The notes beneath the pieces are model-generated. The model was not told the DNA's origin. It saw only the letters and a program-made list of their open reading frames with translations, and ran no database searches. Both the position numbers and the translations under genes were made by a program. 64,000 nt of DNA from a virus. Where the stretch lies: the IMG/VR virus record IMGVR_UViG_3300025141_010453, positions 30,013 through 94,012 of that record; one strand, 5' to 3'. This document shows positions 29,641 to 39,909 of the stretch, piece after piece. Numbering within the stretch: position 1 is the first letter of the stretch; each line of letters begins with the position of its first letter.

Positions 29641-31449
29641 CTAGAATCTTTTCAATTCTCTTACATTAAATGTTCTAACACCATCAATAGTGATTTTTCC
29701 ATAGAACCTATTGTTCACCATTTTCTTAGCGTATCTAGTCATGATACCTTTGATTGGTGTAAAGTTGAATGGATTATACATTGTTGGAGTTAACTGTAAC
29801 GGTACATATGGTGCGTAAACGTATCCAGTATCCAATAAAGATGTTCCTTTATGACCAATTAACACTTGGTTAGCTGGGAAATAAGGGTCTCTATATACAG
29901 TAAATCTACCTGATAATGTTCCTATTTTCTCAATACCCATATTGTACTGGTCTTGGTCTGGCGATGCGTTTGAAACGTGGAAATATTCCAAGTCATCAAA
30001 AATCGCAGAAACTTCTGAAGAACATACAATCCAGTTAGCACCTCCTCTCAATGTAGATTTGTGAATCTGAGCTGATAACTGATTAACCGCAGTAATCAAT
30101 GTTTGATTCCAATCTTTTTGAGTATATGGAGCTTGACCTGCTGTGAAACGTTTCCATCCATTATAATCCCATCTTAAAGTCCATGCTGCACCTTTTCTAA
30201 GGTCTCTCAAGATTTCTCTATCGATTTCAGCTGCAACTTCCTCTGATAATAAAGCTGTTAATTCAGCTTCAGCATCAATGTTGTGGAATGCAGAAACGTC
30301 TTGTGCAAGTTCTGGTGACCACTGAGCTCTTAATTTTCTTTCAGTAACAGAAACTGTAACAGCCTGTAAGTCAAAAGAAACTTCACCCATTTGGTCTTCA
30401 AATTCAAGAGTTGCATATTGTCTCCAAGTTGCTGTAACTGCTTGTGTAGCTGCTGTAGAACCTACATATCCGTCAATTGAACGGTAACTTGTTTCTCCAC
30501 AATCAATACATGCTGGACATGAAGTATCAACCTCTAGATAGATATTTCCTTGTGAGTCACATACATCTGTTCTGTCTACAATACCAAAACCATATTTTTG
30601 TGTAACAACACGGAATAACATTGCGTCACCCACATTATAAAGTCTAGTACCTCCACTTAAAGCGTCGGCAGAATCGTTACAACAGTAGATACCAGCTGTA
30701 TTTGTTAAAGTTAATGAAGCTAAAAACTCTTCACTATCTTGTTCATTTCCATCAGGGCCAGTTAATTTACCTACACCCGCGTTATAAAATCCAGCTAATT
30801 TTACTATTACACTTCTTGACCCTCCATTTGGTATAATACCAATTGTTTCAGAACAAGAAGATAATGCATTTAAAGCGTCGTAATCATTTAACTGATTTCC
30901 GCCCCAAACTACATTTGTAGTTGATGCTGCACTTGATGTCCAACTACCTTTTGAGTAGTCATAAAGACCGTCAGTAGCTTCTAGTGGTGCGTTACCAGCA
31001 TAAAACTCATCATATAATGACATAGTAGCTGCTGATGTTGATGCTCCTGGTGTTGTAGGTACATTATTACCTGCTGGTGCTCCATAAGGTGCGTAATGTG
31101 TTCCACCTGGTTGTGCTCCAATTTTAGGTACAAAGTAGAACAATTTACCAATTGGTAAGTTCATAGCTTGTACAGAAACGATATCGTTTGCCAATAATTT
31201 AGAGAATACTCTCCTAATAATTGGGAAAACAACTGTTTCGAACGAACCTGAATCAGTCGCGCTTGTAGCCTCGTTGATTAGGTTTGTTGCTTGATTTTCA
31301 TATAGTTGAGCTATATTTTCTTTAACATGTCCTTTAAGACCGTCAAGAAAACCAAGACTATTCCATTTGTTTAAGGTATCTTCTTTGATAACTTTAAGGT
31401 GTTTTAACCCAATGTTACCAACCATACCTGATTCTAATAGTGCTCCCAT
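29641..31449 (-). CDS. gp23: Major capsid protein, T4 gp23-like, with a large insertion
   Basis: PIIRRVF..L.ANDIVSVQAM..P.G; RKLRAQWSPELAQD..AFH.IDAEAELT..LSEE...EIDREI; YAPYVPL; F.P.KG.MTRY. Confidence 0.95.
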   Translation of the reverse strand: MGALLESGMVGNIGLKHLKVIKEDTLNKWNSLGFLDGLKGHVKENIAQLYENQATNLINEATSATDSGSFETVVFPIIRRVFSKLLANDIVSVQAMNLPIGKLFYFVPKIGAQPGGTHYAPYGAPAGNNVPTTPGASTSAATMSLYDEFYAGNAPLEATDGLYDYSKGSWTSSAASTTNVVWGGNQLNDYDALNALSSCSETIGIIPNGGSRSVIVKLAGFYNAGVGKLTGPDGNEQDSEEFLASLTLTNTAGIYCCNDSADALSGGTRLYNVGDAMLFRVVTQKYGFGIVDRTDVCDSQGNIYLEVDTSCPACIDCGETSYRSIDGYVGSTAATQAVTATWRQYATLEFEDQMGEVSFDLQAVTVSVTERKLRAQWSPELAQDVSAFHNIDAEAELTALLSEEVAAEIDREILRDLRKGAAWTLRWDYNGWKRFTAGQAPYTQKDWNQTLITAVNQLSAQIHKSTLRGGANWIVCSSEVSAIFDDLEYFHVSNASPDQDQYNMGIEKIGTLSGRFTVYRDPYFPANQVLIGHKGTSLLDTGYVYAPYVPLQLTPTMYNPFNFTPIKGIMTRYAKKMVNNRFYGKITIDGVRTFNVRELKRF

Positions 31450-31475
31450 AATTTTTTTATTTTTTTAAAAAGCGT

Positions 31476-32822
31476 TTATTTTATTTTAGACATTAAGTCT
31501 TTCATCCTACTAAATTGTGGGTTTTCGTAAATTTTTGATTCCAATAATTTACCTCCACTAGTAGGTGATTTAGTAATTTTTTGTTCCACAACCTCAGAAA
31601 TTCTTTTTGTAGGTTTAGCTACATCCTGAGAAAGTTCTTCTTTGATTACCTTATACAACCCTTTTGAAGATTTTAATGACTCGATGTTATCAAATCTCTT
31701 CAAAATGTTGATTTTTTCCCGTTTGGTAGTTGAATGTTCAGTGAATAAACGTGTTACGTAAGCTAAATTTGAATTAAACACAGCCACTTCATTCAGTTTA
31801 TCTTTAAAAGTTGTCAATGCTTTTCTATAATCAGCATTTTTAATTTTTAAAGTTTCTACCTCTTCTTTAAGAAGATTGTAGGACTTTCTAATACGACTTT
31901 CACCAAGATTCCGGTTGTTAGTAATAGCTTTTCTAATACCAGAAGGTTTGTGTTTACCACCAGATTCTCTTCCGAACCCTAAAGTTCTGGAAGCTTCTTT
32001 CATTTCGAAATCAGGCTCCGATTTTCTTTCGTCTCCTTTATTTCCTCCGTACTTCGCACGCTCTTTCATTTCAAAATCAGGTTCAGATTTTCTCTCATCA
32101 CCTTTATTTCCTCCATATTTTGCACGCTCTGTCATTTCAAAATCAGGCTCCGATTTTCTCTCATCACCTTTATTTCCTCCATATTTAGCACGTTCAGTCA
32201 CTTCCTCTTCGGCTACTTCATCACCACTATCATCTTCATCTTCATTATCTTCATCTTCAGAAAGTTCAATCTCATAAACAACTTCTTCATCTTCAGCTAC
32301 TTCAAGTTTGTCCATTTCATTCATGTCTTCGTCTTCTTTAATTGATTTTTTCATTGTTTTTGTTTTTTTACTTTCTTCTAATTTAATGATGTATTCGGCA
32401 TCGGTTGTGGTATCGGTTAACTCGATTTCATCATCATCTTGTTGGATGATAATTCCGTCTTCGTCTCCCATTGCTTTAAACACTTTCAATACTTCAGCAT
32501 CGGATGCTAATGTTAAGTCTAGAGGCGGCAGTTCCATAGTTACTTCATCGTCTTCGGTCTCGTCCTCAATATCAAGTTCAATGTCATCAGGTATAGTTAA
32601 ATCCATATCAAGTTCTTCACCTTCTATTTCATCATCTATATCTAAAACATCAACTTCTTCTTTTTGCTCCTTCAGGTAATCGTTTTCGTTTAACGATTCT
32701 TTTACTAATTCATGAATTTCTTCCTTCATTGTCGAAGAAAGTATTTCTTTTGCATTAGACTTCATAGTTTCTTCCAACTGTTCAGCCTCGAGCAACGCTT
32801 TTTCTAAAATTGATTCACTCAC
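31476..32822 (-). CDS. Prohead core scaffolding protein (gp22-like)
   Basis: Acidic coiled-coil protein between protease and MCP with many L/I-x-E sites; GTG start. Confidence 0.75.
   Translation of the reverse strand: MSESILEKALLEAEQLEETMKSNAKEILSSTMKEEIHELVKESLNENDYLKEQKEEVDVLDIDDEIEGEELDMDLTIPDDIELDIEDETEDDEVTMELPPLDLTLASDAEVLKVFKAMGDEDGIIIQQDDDEIELTDTTTDAEYIIKLEESKKTKTMKKSIKEDEDMNEMDKLEVAEDEEVVYEIELSEDEDNEDEDDSGDEVAEEEVTERAKYGGNKGDERKSEPDFEMTERAKYGGNKGDERKSEPDFEMKERAKYGGNKGDERKSEPDFEMKEASRTLGFGRESGGKHKPSGIRKAITNNRNLGESRIRKSYNLLKEEVETLKIKNADYRKALTTFKDKLNEVAVFNSNLAYVTRLFTEHSTTKREKINILKRFDNIESLKSSKGLYKVIKEELSQDVAKPTKRISEVVEQKITKSPTSGGKLLESKIYENPQFSRMKDLMSKIK
31995..32192 (-). repeat. 3 x 66-bp coding tandem repeat (RAKYGGNKGDERKSEPDFEM[T/K]E)
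   Basis: Units at 32127-32192, 32061-32126 and 31995-32060; differences almost all synonymous. Confidence 0.95.
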
Positions 32823-32850
32823 GTTTTATTTTTTTTAAAAGTTTATTAAT

Positions 32851-32890
32851 AAACCATCCTGCATAAAGCAAATGGTTTTATTATAAATAT
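32851..32890 (-). promoter_or_regulatory. Late motif plus 5'-UTR hairpin of the scaffold-MCP operon
   Basis: ATATTTATA at 32882-32890; AAACCAT-t-TGC-tttat-GCA-gg-ATGGTTT at 32851-32878. Confidence 0.55.
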
Positions 32891-32937
32891 ATTGGTAATG
32901 TAAAAAATCCCCACTTAGAGGGTTTTTAATAGGGAAA

Positions 32938-33630
32938 TTATCTATTTAGGAAATTATCTAATTTAGACATCATGGATAATGATTTATTTAATCCTTCAGA
33001 ATTTGAGGATTCTACTACTTCGGTTGGTTCATCCACGCTGTCAGCAGTTTCATCTTCTTTAAATAAATAAGAGCCTGGAGTTGATGGTGAAGAGACCAAA
33101 TCAAAACATATTAATTCAAAATCATCTTGTACTTCATTATGTTCTCCATTTTTAGTTAAAGACCCAACACCTCTCGAAGAAATCCCTAAAGTAACTCCTT
33201 GTCTAAGAAGATTAGCAGCCATATCTCCTACACAAGAGATAACTCCTTCTCTTAAGTAAGCTGGTGAAGTTAATAATTTTAATTTACCTATTAATCTATT
33301 ACCTTCCCACCATGTTTCCGTAATAATATGAGAAGCTCTATCAAGGTCTATTAATGAAGATTCTGGGTGATTTAATTCTGAAATAGCACCACCTTTTTTA
33401 ATGACTTCTTGGTATCTATCATTCTCTCTTCTTAAAATCTTTTCAGGATAAATTCTGCCGTTTCTATTTGGGGTATCGTATTTCTGTAAAATAGCATTCA
33501 TATAAATTTCTCCACCAAAATCATCTTTTGCCATTTCTCTCAACATATTGGTGTTGTCATCTGGTTTTATATGCCCATCATGTTCTACTAATATTCCATG
33601 ACCTATCTCTCTAGCTTCTAATACTCTCAT
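32938..33630 (-). CDS. gp21: Prohead core protease (gp21-like)
   Basis: NRNGRIYP, ELNHP, GISSRGVGS, DLVSSPSTPG. Confidence 0.92.
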   Translation of the reverse strand: MRVLEAREIGHGILVEHDGHIKPDDNTNMLREMAKDDFGGEIYMNAILQKYDTPNRNGRIYPEKILRRENDRYQEVIKKGGAISELNHPESSLIDLDRASHIITETWWEGNRLIGKLKLLTSPAYLREGVISCVGDMAANLLRQGVTLGISSRGVGSLTKNGEHNEVQDDFELICFDLVSSPSTPGSYLFKEDETADSVDEPTEVVESSNSEGLNKSLSMMSKLDNFLNR

Positions 33631-33676
33631 AATGTTCTTTTTTAATAAATAGTGGATATAAATAAAAAAACGAAGG

Positions 33677-34114
33677 TTATTTTTTAGATTTATGAAATTT
33701 AAATACCTTAGAGGTTAGTAATGTTTTGTTTATAATTTTATCTGTAATTTGATTAATTGATTCGGATATAGAAGGCACTTTAATATCTTTATATTTTAAC
33801 TCTTTAAAGAATAATGTTACCTCACATTTTAAAAAACTTCTTTTACCTTTTTTTATGCCGCTTGCTCTTAAATCTAAATCTACAATAGTTTTGTCCTTAA
33901 AGGGTGTAGTAATTAACTCATTATGGACTACATGTTTTATCTCTCCTTTAACTTTTTTTATGGGTTTTTCCCAATTAAGTGCATCTTCAAGTGGTTCTGC
34001 CCAACTTGATAGGTTTAAGTATACGGATTTTAAAGACGACACATCGACAGTACCATAAGATGTTTTAAATACATCAGAAATTTTAGTATTTATTTCTCTG
34101 CCTTGCTTTATCAT
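33677..34114 (-). CDS. Hypothetical protein in the head module
   Basis: Located between portal and protease genes. Confidence 0.6.
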   Translation of the reverse strand: MIKQGREINTKISDVFKTSYGTVDVSSLKSVYLNLSSWAEPLEDALNWEKPIKKVKGEIKHVVHNELITTPFKDKTIVDLDLRASGIKKGKRSFLKCEVTLFFKELKYKDIKVPSISESINQITDKIINKTLLTSKVFKFHKSKK

Positions 34115-34155
34115 GTTAATTATTTTTTATAATTAAATATAAAAAATAGCTACAT

Positions 34156-34896
34156 TTAGTTCAAGTCCTCTAGGAGGCTCCTAACCCTAATATATGATTT
34201 TTTGGTGGAATTTAATCCTTTTATTTCATTTTTTACTTCAACTAATCTAGCTGAAAGACTATCATCTTTTGACTCTTTTAATAAAAAATTAATTTTATTT
34301 AATGTAACTTCTTTAACATTATTAAATTCGTTATTTAAGATGTCTTCTGTCATTAATAAAGTATTCTTTAGGATATTTTGTTGATTTTCTGTTAATGATT
34401 TATTATAAGCTTCTCCATATTTCTTAGATATTACATGAGAAAGTATCTTTGGGTTTTTAATTTTACCTGATGGTTTTTTAGTTTTTAACATATTTTCACT
34501 TAGAAACTTTTTTGATTTACTTACATTTTCTAAATTTGTGATACTGTCATTGAATACTATATTATCTATATTTTCATATATTTTATTAGATTTTTTACCG
34601 CATAATTCTTTTCTGTCAGATATAATCTTATTAATAATAGGAAGTACTTTGGTTAATTTGTTTTTATTAGTTCTTAGATAATTTATAGACTCATTGATGT
34701 ATTCTGTGGCTTCTTCTTGATTATCCACATAATTACTTTCTATTTCATTATATAAAGTAAAAAATTCTCTTAATACTTTAGAATACTTCATAGAACCCAT
34801 AATAACAGATAAATTCTTTTTAAACTTACTGCTATCTCTAAATGAATTCTCTAAAATACTGTCTATATTATTTTTATAGTGGCCGAAACTTTTCAT
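34156..34896 (-). CDS. Hypothetical head-assembly protein
   Basis: Between portal and protease; ILE/INE/LTE/LKE sites; late motif at 34911-34918. Confidence 0.6.
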   Translation of the reverse strand: MKSFGHYKNNIDSILENSFRDSSKFKKNLSVIMGSMKYSKVLREFFTLYNEIESNYVDNQEEATEYINESINYLRTNKNKLTKVLPIINKIISDRKELCGKKSNKIYENIDNIVFNDSITNLENVSKSKKFLSENMLKTKKPSGKIKNPKILSHVISKKYGEAYNKSLTENQQNILKNTLLMTEDILNNEFNNVKEVTLNKINFLLKESKDDSLSARLVEVKNEIKGLNSTKKSYIRVRSLLEDLN

Positions 34897-34920
34897 AAAT
34901 GTATTTTATAATAAATATAG

Positions 34921-36759
34921 TTAATCTTCTAATAATGACTCTACTTCTTCATTTATAGTTTCAATATTATTTTTAGTTTTATTAACTGCCTCATCTAAGC
35001 CATCTATTGACAATCCCTTTTTTTCCATTAATAATGGTAAACCTTTTTCTTTATTAAATTCTTCAGCTGCTGGTACTGGTTCTGTAACTTCTTCACCCGC
35101 TCCTGGTGCTTCTTCTTCAGGGCCACCCATATCAAATGCTGGTTCAGCTTCACTACCAGCGTCTAAACCTGGTTCTTCACCAGGTGTTTCCCCTGTATCG
35201 CCCCCTTCTGCTGTTGGTGGTTCACCATATAATTTATCTACTGTGTTGAATAGTCCTGTTTTCTTAATAACTTCTTTGGTGGTTTCTAACTCACCAGCTA
35301 AAGCTTTTTCAAATCGCTGTTGTTGTAAATCTAATTTAATTTCTTCATCACTCATACCTAATATAAACTTCTTAGCCCACGTAGCTGAAACAGGAGCAAT
35401 CCCACTTCCTGGGTCCCCCACTGCATCTTTATAAAGAGTGATTTTAGTTTGCCATTGTTCAAGTTTTAATAACTCTGCTTGAGTTGATGGATTTGTTAGT
35501 CCTAAAGAAAAATTTTCTAATTCGTCTTCAAACCCTAACACATATAAATGGATAATAGCTATTTTATTTAATTCTTGTACTATAGCTTTTTGGATTCGAT
35601 TTATTGTTCGGGCAAATCTAATATCTAATAATGCTAGATTTTTACCTTCCCCTACTACTTCTTCAAAACCTAAAAATGCTTTAGGTATTCTAAGAGCTGC
35701 AAGTAATTTTTTCTGTATATATTCTATATCCGCTATTTCACTCAAATTAGTAGCTCCAGGTAAAGTATCTATAGGACTTGCTGCTGCCGGGTCTCTTACG
35801 GGAATAAAATAATCTTGGTCTACTGCCATCTGATTCATTCTTAAATCAACATTACCATTCTGTGGGTCTACTACTGGGTCCCTTTTAAATTTATTTGCTA
35901 CTTTTTGGATATAAGCTTCCACATCTTTATCATCCATATTTCCAACAAATACTTTAAATACTCTTCTTTCTGGTGCTCTAGAGGTTCTATATACTAGCAT
36001 AGCGTCTTCCGCTAAAAGTAATTGTTTCCAAATTCTTCTACACTTCTCTAACATAGAAGTACCATAAGGCAATCTTCTATCATCACCTAATAATCTGAAA
36101 TGAGCAATTTCCCATGAATTAAATTTAAGTTCTTTTTCTCTCCATTTAAATTCTACTTGATGAGCCTTTGGGTCATCATTACTTATTTGATTTAAATAGC
36201 TGTGACCCTCACTTCTTTCCATTTCCAAATTTGGCAGTTGATTACACCCTATAATTCCTTTTTCTGGGTCAATTTTAAGATACACAAAATTATCACCATA
36301 TTTACATGTATTACGTATCCACATCGGTAAATTTGTAGTGATATCTAAAACATTATTAAATAAATCACCTAAAATAGATTTAATTCTAGTAGATTCTGAA
36401 TATAAAGTTAATACATAACCTTTTTCAGATGGGGTTGTTGCTTCTTCCGCATATATATCTAATGCTGCTGAAATTTCAGGTGTAAACTCCATAGATTCAT
36501 AATCATAATATGATGCCAATCTTGTTGGTTCATAATATATTGATTTAGTATATAATTCGTTATCTATTTTTTGCCATTGATTGGCTAAGTATAGGGACTG
36601 TTGAATTTGTAATTTTTCCTTTTCAAATTCAGTTTTAGAATCTGTTTTTAAGATATCTTGAGACCCTAATTTAAATTTTTGATACGTAGGTTCAGGTGCT
36701 GTTGGTCCCGCGGGGCCAAATAATTTAGCGAGCCTTTGGTATATTGTTAAGTTTGCCAT
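34921..36759 (-). CDS. gp20: Portal protein (gp20-like)
   Basis: PEISAALDI, EDAMLVYR.SRAPERRVF, DYFIPVR, TLPGA.NL.EI.DI.Y..KL..AL..P. Confidence 0.95.
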   Translation of the reverse strand: MANLTIYQRLAKLFGPAGPTAPEPTYQKFKLGSQDILKTDSKTEFEKEKLQIQQSLYLANQWQKIDNELYTKSIYYEPTRLASYYDYESMEFTPEISAALDIYAEEATTPSEKGYVLTLYSESTRIKSILGDLFNNVLDITTNLPMWIRNTCKYGDNFVYLKIDPEKGIIGCNQLPNLEMERSEGHSYLNQISNDDPKAHQVEFKWREKELKFNSWEIAHFRLLGDDRRLPYGTSMLEKCRRIWKQLLLAEDAMLVYRTSRAPERRVFKVFVGNMDDKDVEAYIQKVANKFKRDPVVDPQNGNVDLRMNQMAVDQDYFIPVRDPAAASPIDTLPGATNLSEIADIEYIQKKLLAALRIPKAFLGFEEVVGEGKNLALLDIRFARTINRIQKAIVQELNKIAIIHLYVLGFEDELENFSLGLTNPSTQAELLKLEQWQTKITLYKDAVGDPGSGIAPVSATWAKKFILGMSDEEIKLDLQQQRFEKALAGELETTKEVIKKTGLFNTVDKLYGEPPTAEGGDTGETPGEEPGLDAGSEAEPAFDMGGPEEEAPGAGEEVTEPVPAAEEFNKEKGLPLLMEKKGLSIDGLDEAVNKTKNNIETINEEVESLLED

Positions 36760-36803
36760 ATTGTTTAATAATACTGATTATATTATAAATAGTAAATTAT
36801 TTC

Positions 36804-38543
36804 CTATCGGAATTTCCCAAATAACCACGCGTTATCTTTATATAATTGTTTCATATCATTATTATGGTTTCCAGGATGGCCAAATATGCCTTGATTCTGT
36901 TGCGGTCTCCTATGTTCTGGTTCCGATGTTGTTATAGTGTCACTAGTAGTCCAACTTTCTAACATGGCTTTTGTTAAATTATCAGCTTTATGTAAATCTG
37001 TAAATGAATGTTCACCAACATATAAAGCCATGGCTAATGCCATAATTAAATCATCATGTTTTCCTTTCATGTGATTTGGTCTACCATTTAGATATACAAA
37101 TGTATGCATTTCATTTAATAACCTTTTAGACCTAACAATAAATTTATGCCTTAAAGCCTCTTCAAAAGAAGAAATTATTTGTACACGTTTATTATTAAAT
37201 GCAATTCCAGGAACTTTAGTAACTGAATTAGGATTATATTTCCACTTATCCGCGGTGTTAGTCCCTTCTACATACAAATCTTTATATCCTAACTCTTGTA
37301 ATTTTCTAGAAGTTGCGACACCCATACCACCAGTTATATCTGTTACCACATATGCATTATACATACTACCCCATTTATATATTATATCAGCTGCTAAATC
37401 TGGGGGTATTTTGCCTAGATATTCTGCAACTTGGCATCTATCATCAAAATCAATTATGACTATTGAAGTGAAATCTTCGGAATCTCCCCTACTTACATCA
37501 CACCCTAAAATATATCTATGACCTTTAATTGGTTTTTCCCATATCCACATTTGATTTCCAACAAACATATTTTCTGGTTCTCTAATATATTCATTTTTTA
37601 TTTTTTCTATTGTCTCAACTGGTACTACATTATCTCCAGAACCTAAGAAAGCACTTTCTAACTCTTGTTGTATTTTTCTTCTATCATATTTAAGTTTTTT
37701 TACCATATTCTCAAACCAAGAAGAACATGGTTTATACCCATTTTGGACTAATTCATCGAATCTATCTAAACGTTTTTCATGCACAAATTCATCCTCATTA
37801 TAATCTTCCATATTTAATAAAAAATGTACAATATCATTTGTCTTAACCCAAAAAATGTCTTTGGTGAACCTAGGGTCCTTTTGCCAATGTAATTCTGATA
37901 TAACAAAGCTGTTAAGACCTTTTACCGCTTGTTCATAGATTTCATAATAAATTTTATCATACCCATTTGGGGTAGATATAACTATAACTTTACCTCCCGT
38001 AGATAGGGATGCCATACACGCTGCCCAAAAATCATCACCAGCTTCAATATACGCTGCTTCATCAAATATTAATGTCGTTGGGGTGTATCCTCTTAAAGCA
38101 TCTACTGAGGTCGCAACAGCTTTTATCTCACAACCATTATTTAATTTAAAATGTTTTTGTGAATCTTTGTCTTTGGAAAATCCTACCTTAATCCAATCGG
38201 GCCATTGATTTAAAAACCCTCTAACTTTATTGGCAAATTCTTGAGCTGTATCTAATTTATTAGCAATTATAAGAACTTTTTCAGGTCGTGTTTTTGAAGC
38301 GAACTGAAGATTCTTAGAAATCCATGCTGCAGTTGCTGTGGATACTCCTGCTTGTCTATACTTTTTTACTATATTATCATTATATTTTTCAAAATTAGTT
38401 AACATCATTTCCTGTTCTGGAAATAATATAAAAGGAACATACCTAGATTGAGTATTGTCGTAAGTTTCTAAATAAGTTTTAATGGCATAATTAGTGTCTT
38501 GTAAGCACTTCGCATATTCCTGTATTAACTCTTGTTTGTCCAT
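36804..38543 (-). CDS. gp17: Terminase large subunit (gp17-like)
   Basis: KYRQAGVST, DEAA, ISTPNG, GCDVSRG..ED, HDDL.MA. Confidence 0.95.
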   Translation of the reverse strand: MDKQELIQEYAKCLQDTNYAIKTYLETYDNTQSRYVPFILFPEQEMMLTNFEKYNDNIVKKYRQAGVSTATAAWISKNLQFASKTRPEKVLIIANKLDTAQEFANKVRGFLNQWPDWIKVGFSKDKDSQKHFKLNNGCEIKAVATSVDALRGYTPTTLIFDEAAYIEAGDDFWAACMASLSTGGKVIVISTPNGYDKIYYEIYEQAVKGLNSFVISELHWQKDPRFTKDIFWVKTNDIVHFLLNMEDYNEDEFVHEKRLDRFDELVQNGYKPCSSWFENMVKKLKYDRRKIQQELESAFLGSGDNVVPVETIEKIKNEYIREPENMFVGNQMWIWEKPIKGHRYILGCDVSRGDSEDFTSIVIIDFDDRCQVAEYLGKIPPDLAADIIYKWGSMYNAYVVTDITGGMGVATSRKLQELGYKDLYVEGTNTADKWKYNPNSVTKVPGIAFNNKRVQIISSFEEALRHKFIVRSKRLLNEMHTFVYLNGRPNHMKGKHDDLIMALAMALYVGEHSFTDLHKADNLTKAMLESWTTSDTITTSEPEHRRPQQNQGIFGHPGNHNNDMKQLYKDNAWLFGKFR

Positions 38544-38547
38544 ATGC

Positions 38548-38557
38548 TATAAATATC
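38548..38557 (-). promoter_or_regulatory. Putative late promoter GATATTTATA
   Basis: 4 nt upstream of the terminase ATG. Confidence 0.65.
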
Positions 38558-38574
38558 GGAAAATTATTAACCTT

Positions 38575-39909
38575 TTACAAGTTGTATAAAAAGTCTTTTT
38601 CTGCTTGAGTTAATGAATCCATACCACTTTTATTTATTTTATCTAGTATCGTATCCATATCTAATTCGCCTTCTGGCTCTGGGAGGGGAGGAAGGTCTAC
38701 CCCTAAATCTGTAGGTTCTGATATTTCTCCGGAAACATCTTCATAATCTTCATCTTTAAGTTGTTTGACTATATCATCAATCATTTGTTTTACTGTATCT
38801 TTACCTTTTTGGGTGCCGGAAAGTATTTCTTTAGCTAAAGTTAAGAATTCTTCTGCTTCTAATTTTACAAATTTATAATAAAAATAATTCTTGATTCTTT
38901 TCTGTTCGTCTACATCAAAGAAATTGTCTGGGTATACTTCAAGGAACTTTTCCCAAATTATAGGACCTAGTCTTAAATCCCACACTTCTGCTGGGAGGGT
39001 ATCCTCCATCCCAATCACTTCTTCTGCCATATCTGGGTCTGATGGTAGTCCGTGAGCAGAAACATATTCCATAACACCTTTATATAGTTCATGAACTAAA
39101 ATAGGAAACATTAAACCTTTTGCTTTAATCGTTGGTGGGTCTGTTTTTAAATCTAGTTCTTCTTTACCAGCCATTGCTTGTTCGGCTCCACCACCACCAA
39201 TCATACCTTCCATATCCGGCATTACCCAATAAAGTAAATCATTAACTGACATTACTATAGAGTATAACCCCACTAAATCTGGGTCAATTTCATCTAATTT
39301 TTCTCGAATTAAATGATACATATAATGAGCTTTTTTTGAAGAACCTTGTATTAGGGAATTTATAAATCTTCTTTTTTGTTTCTCTAAATCTAATTTTTGT
39401 AGTCTCTTAGCAGCTTCATCTTCCATTTCAAAATTGGGAAATTCTAACTCCTTCTTTTTCTTTTTTTCTTTAGGCTTTGTCTGCATACCTTCTGTTGTTG
39501 GTTTTTCCAACTTGGCGTCAAATTGTAAATCACCTTCTGGGATACCCATCTCACCAACAACTAGTTCTACAGCTAAATCTTCTAGAACTTGTTTATTCTG
39601 TGATTCAATCTGCATTACTCTTTGTGCTGCTTGCATTAACATTGGTTGTAACGACATTAAAGTTTGTGGGTCTATATTCTCCACACCTGTAGCGTCTTTT
39701 ACTTTTTGTACCACATCTTGAAATCTTTGTGAGGCCATTAACTCCTCGAAGTTATCTGGAATACCGTCTTTGTCTACATCTGGAAATGCTTGGTGCCCAC
39801 CTAATGGGTGTTCTTGTGAACGTAACTTTTGTTCAATGTCAGGAGACATTCTTTCACTTCTATCACCATAGTCTATTGGGGGTGCTTCATGTAATTTTTT
39901 CTTAGCCAT
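38575..39909 (-). CDS. Hypothetical late protein
   Basis: 444 aa, N-terminal KKLHE; HELYKG resembles a degenerate HExxH; C-terminal DTILDKI..SG..SLT..E..FL. Confidence 0.6.
   Translation of the reverse strand: MAKKKLHEAPPIDYGDRSERMSPDIEQKLRSQEHPLGGHQAFPDVDKDGIPDNFEELMASQRFQDVVQKVKDATGVENIDPQTLMSLQPMLMQAAQRVMQIESQNKQVLEDLAVELVVGEMGIPEGDLQFDAKLEKPTTEGMQTKPKEKKKKKELEFPNFEMEDEAAKRLQKLDLEKQKRRFINSLIQGSSKKAHYMYHLIREKLDEIDPDLVGLYSIVMSVNDLLYWVMPDMEGMIGGGGAEQAMAGKEELDLKTDPPTIKAKGLMFPILVHELYKGVMEYVSAHGLPSDPDMAEEVIGMEDTLPAEVWDLRLGPIIWEKFLEVYPDNFFDVDEQKRIKNYFYYKFVKLEAEEFLTLAKEILSGTQKGKDTVKQMIDDIVKQLKDEDYEDVSGEISEPTDLGVDLPPLPEPEGELDMDTILDKINKSGMDSLTQAEKDFLYNL

Noticed and set aside
31995-32192. Regularly spaced repeats as a possible CRISPR array
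   Set aside because: Head-to-tail 66-bp in-frame coding repeats with no unique spacers and no cas genes
29641-38543. Stop-codon recoding, introns or inteins in core genes
   Set aside because: Terminase, portal, protease and MCP are full-length under the standard code, and TAG ends genes normally (MCP, terminase)
38575-39909. Metalloprotease call from HELYKG
   Set aside because: The second His of HExxH is missing, so the call is unsupported
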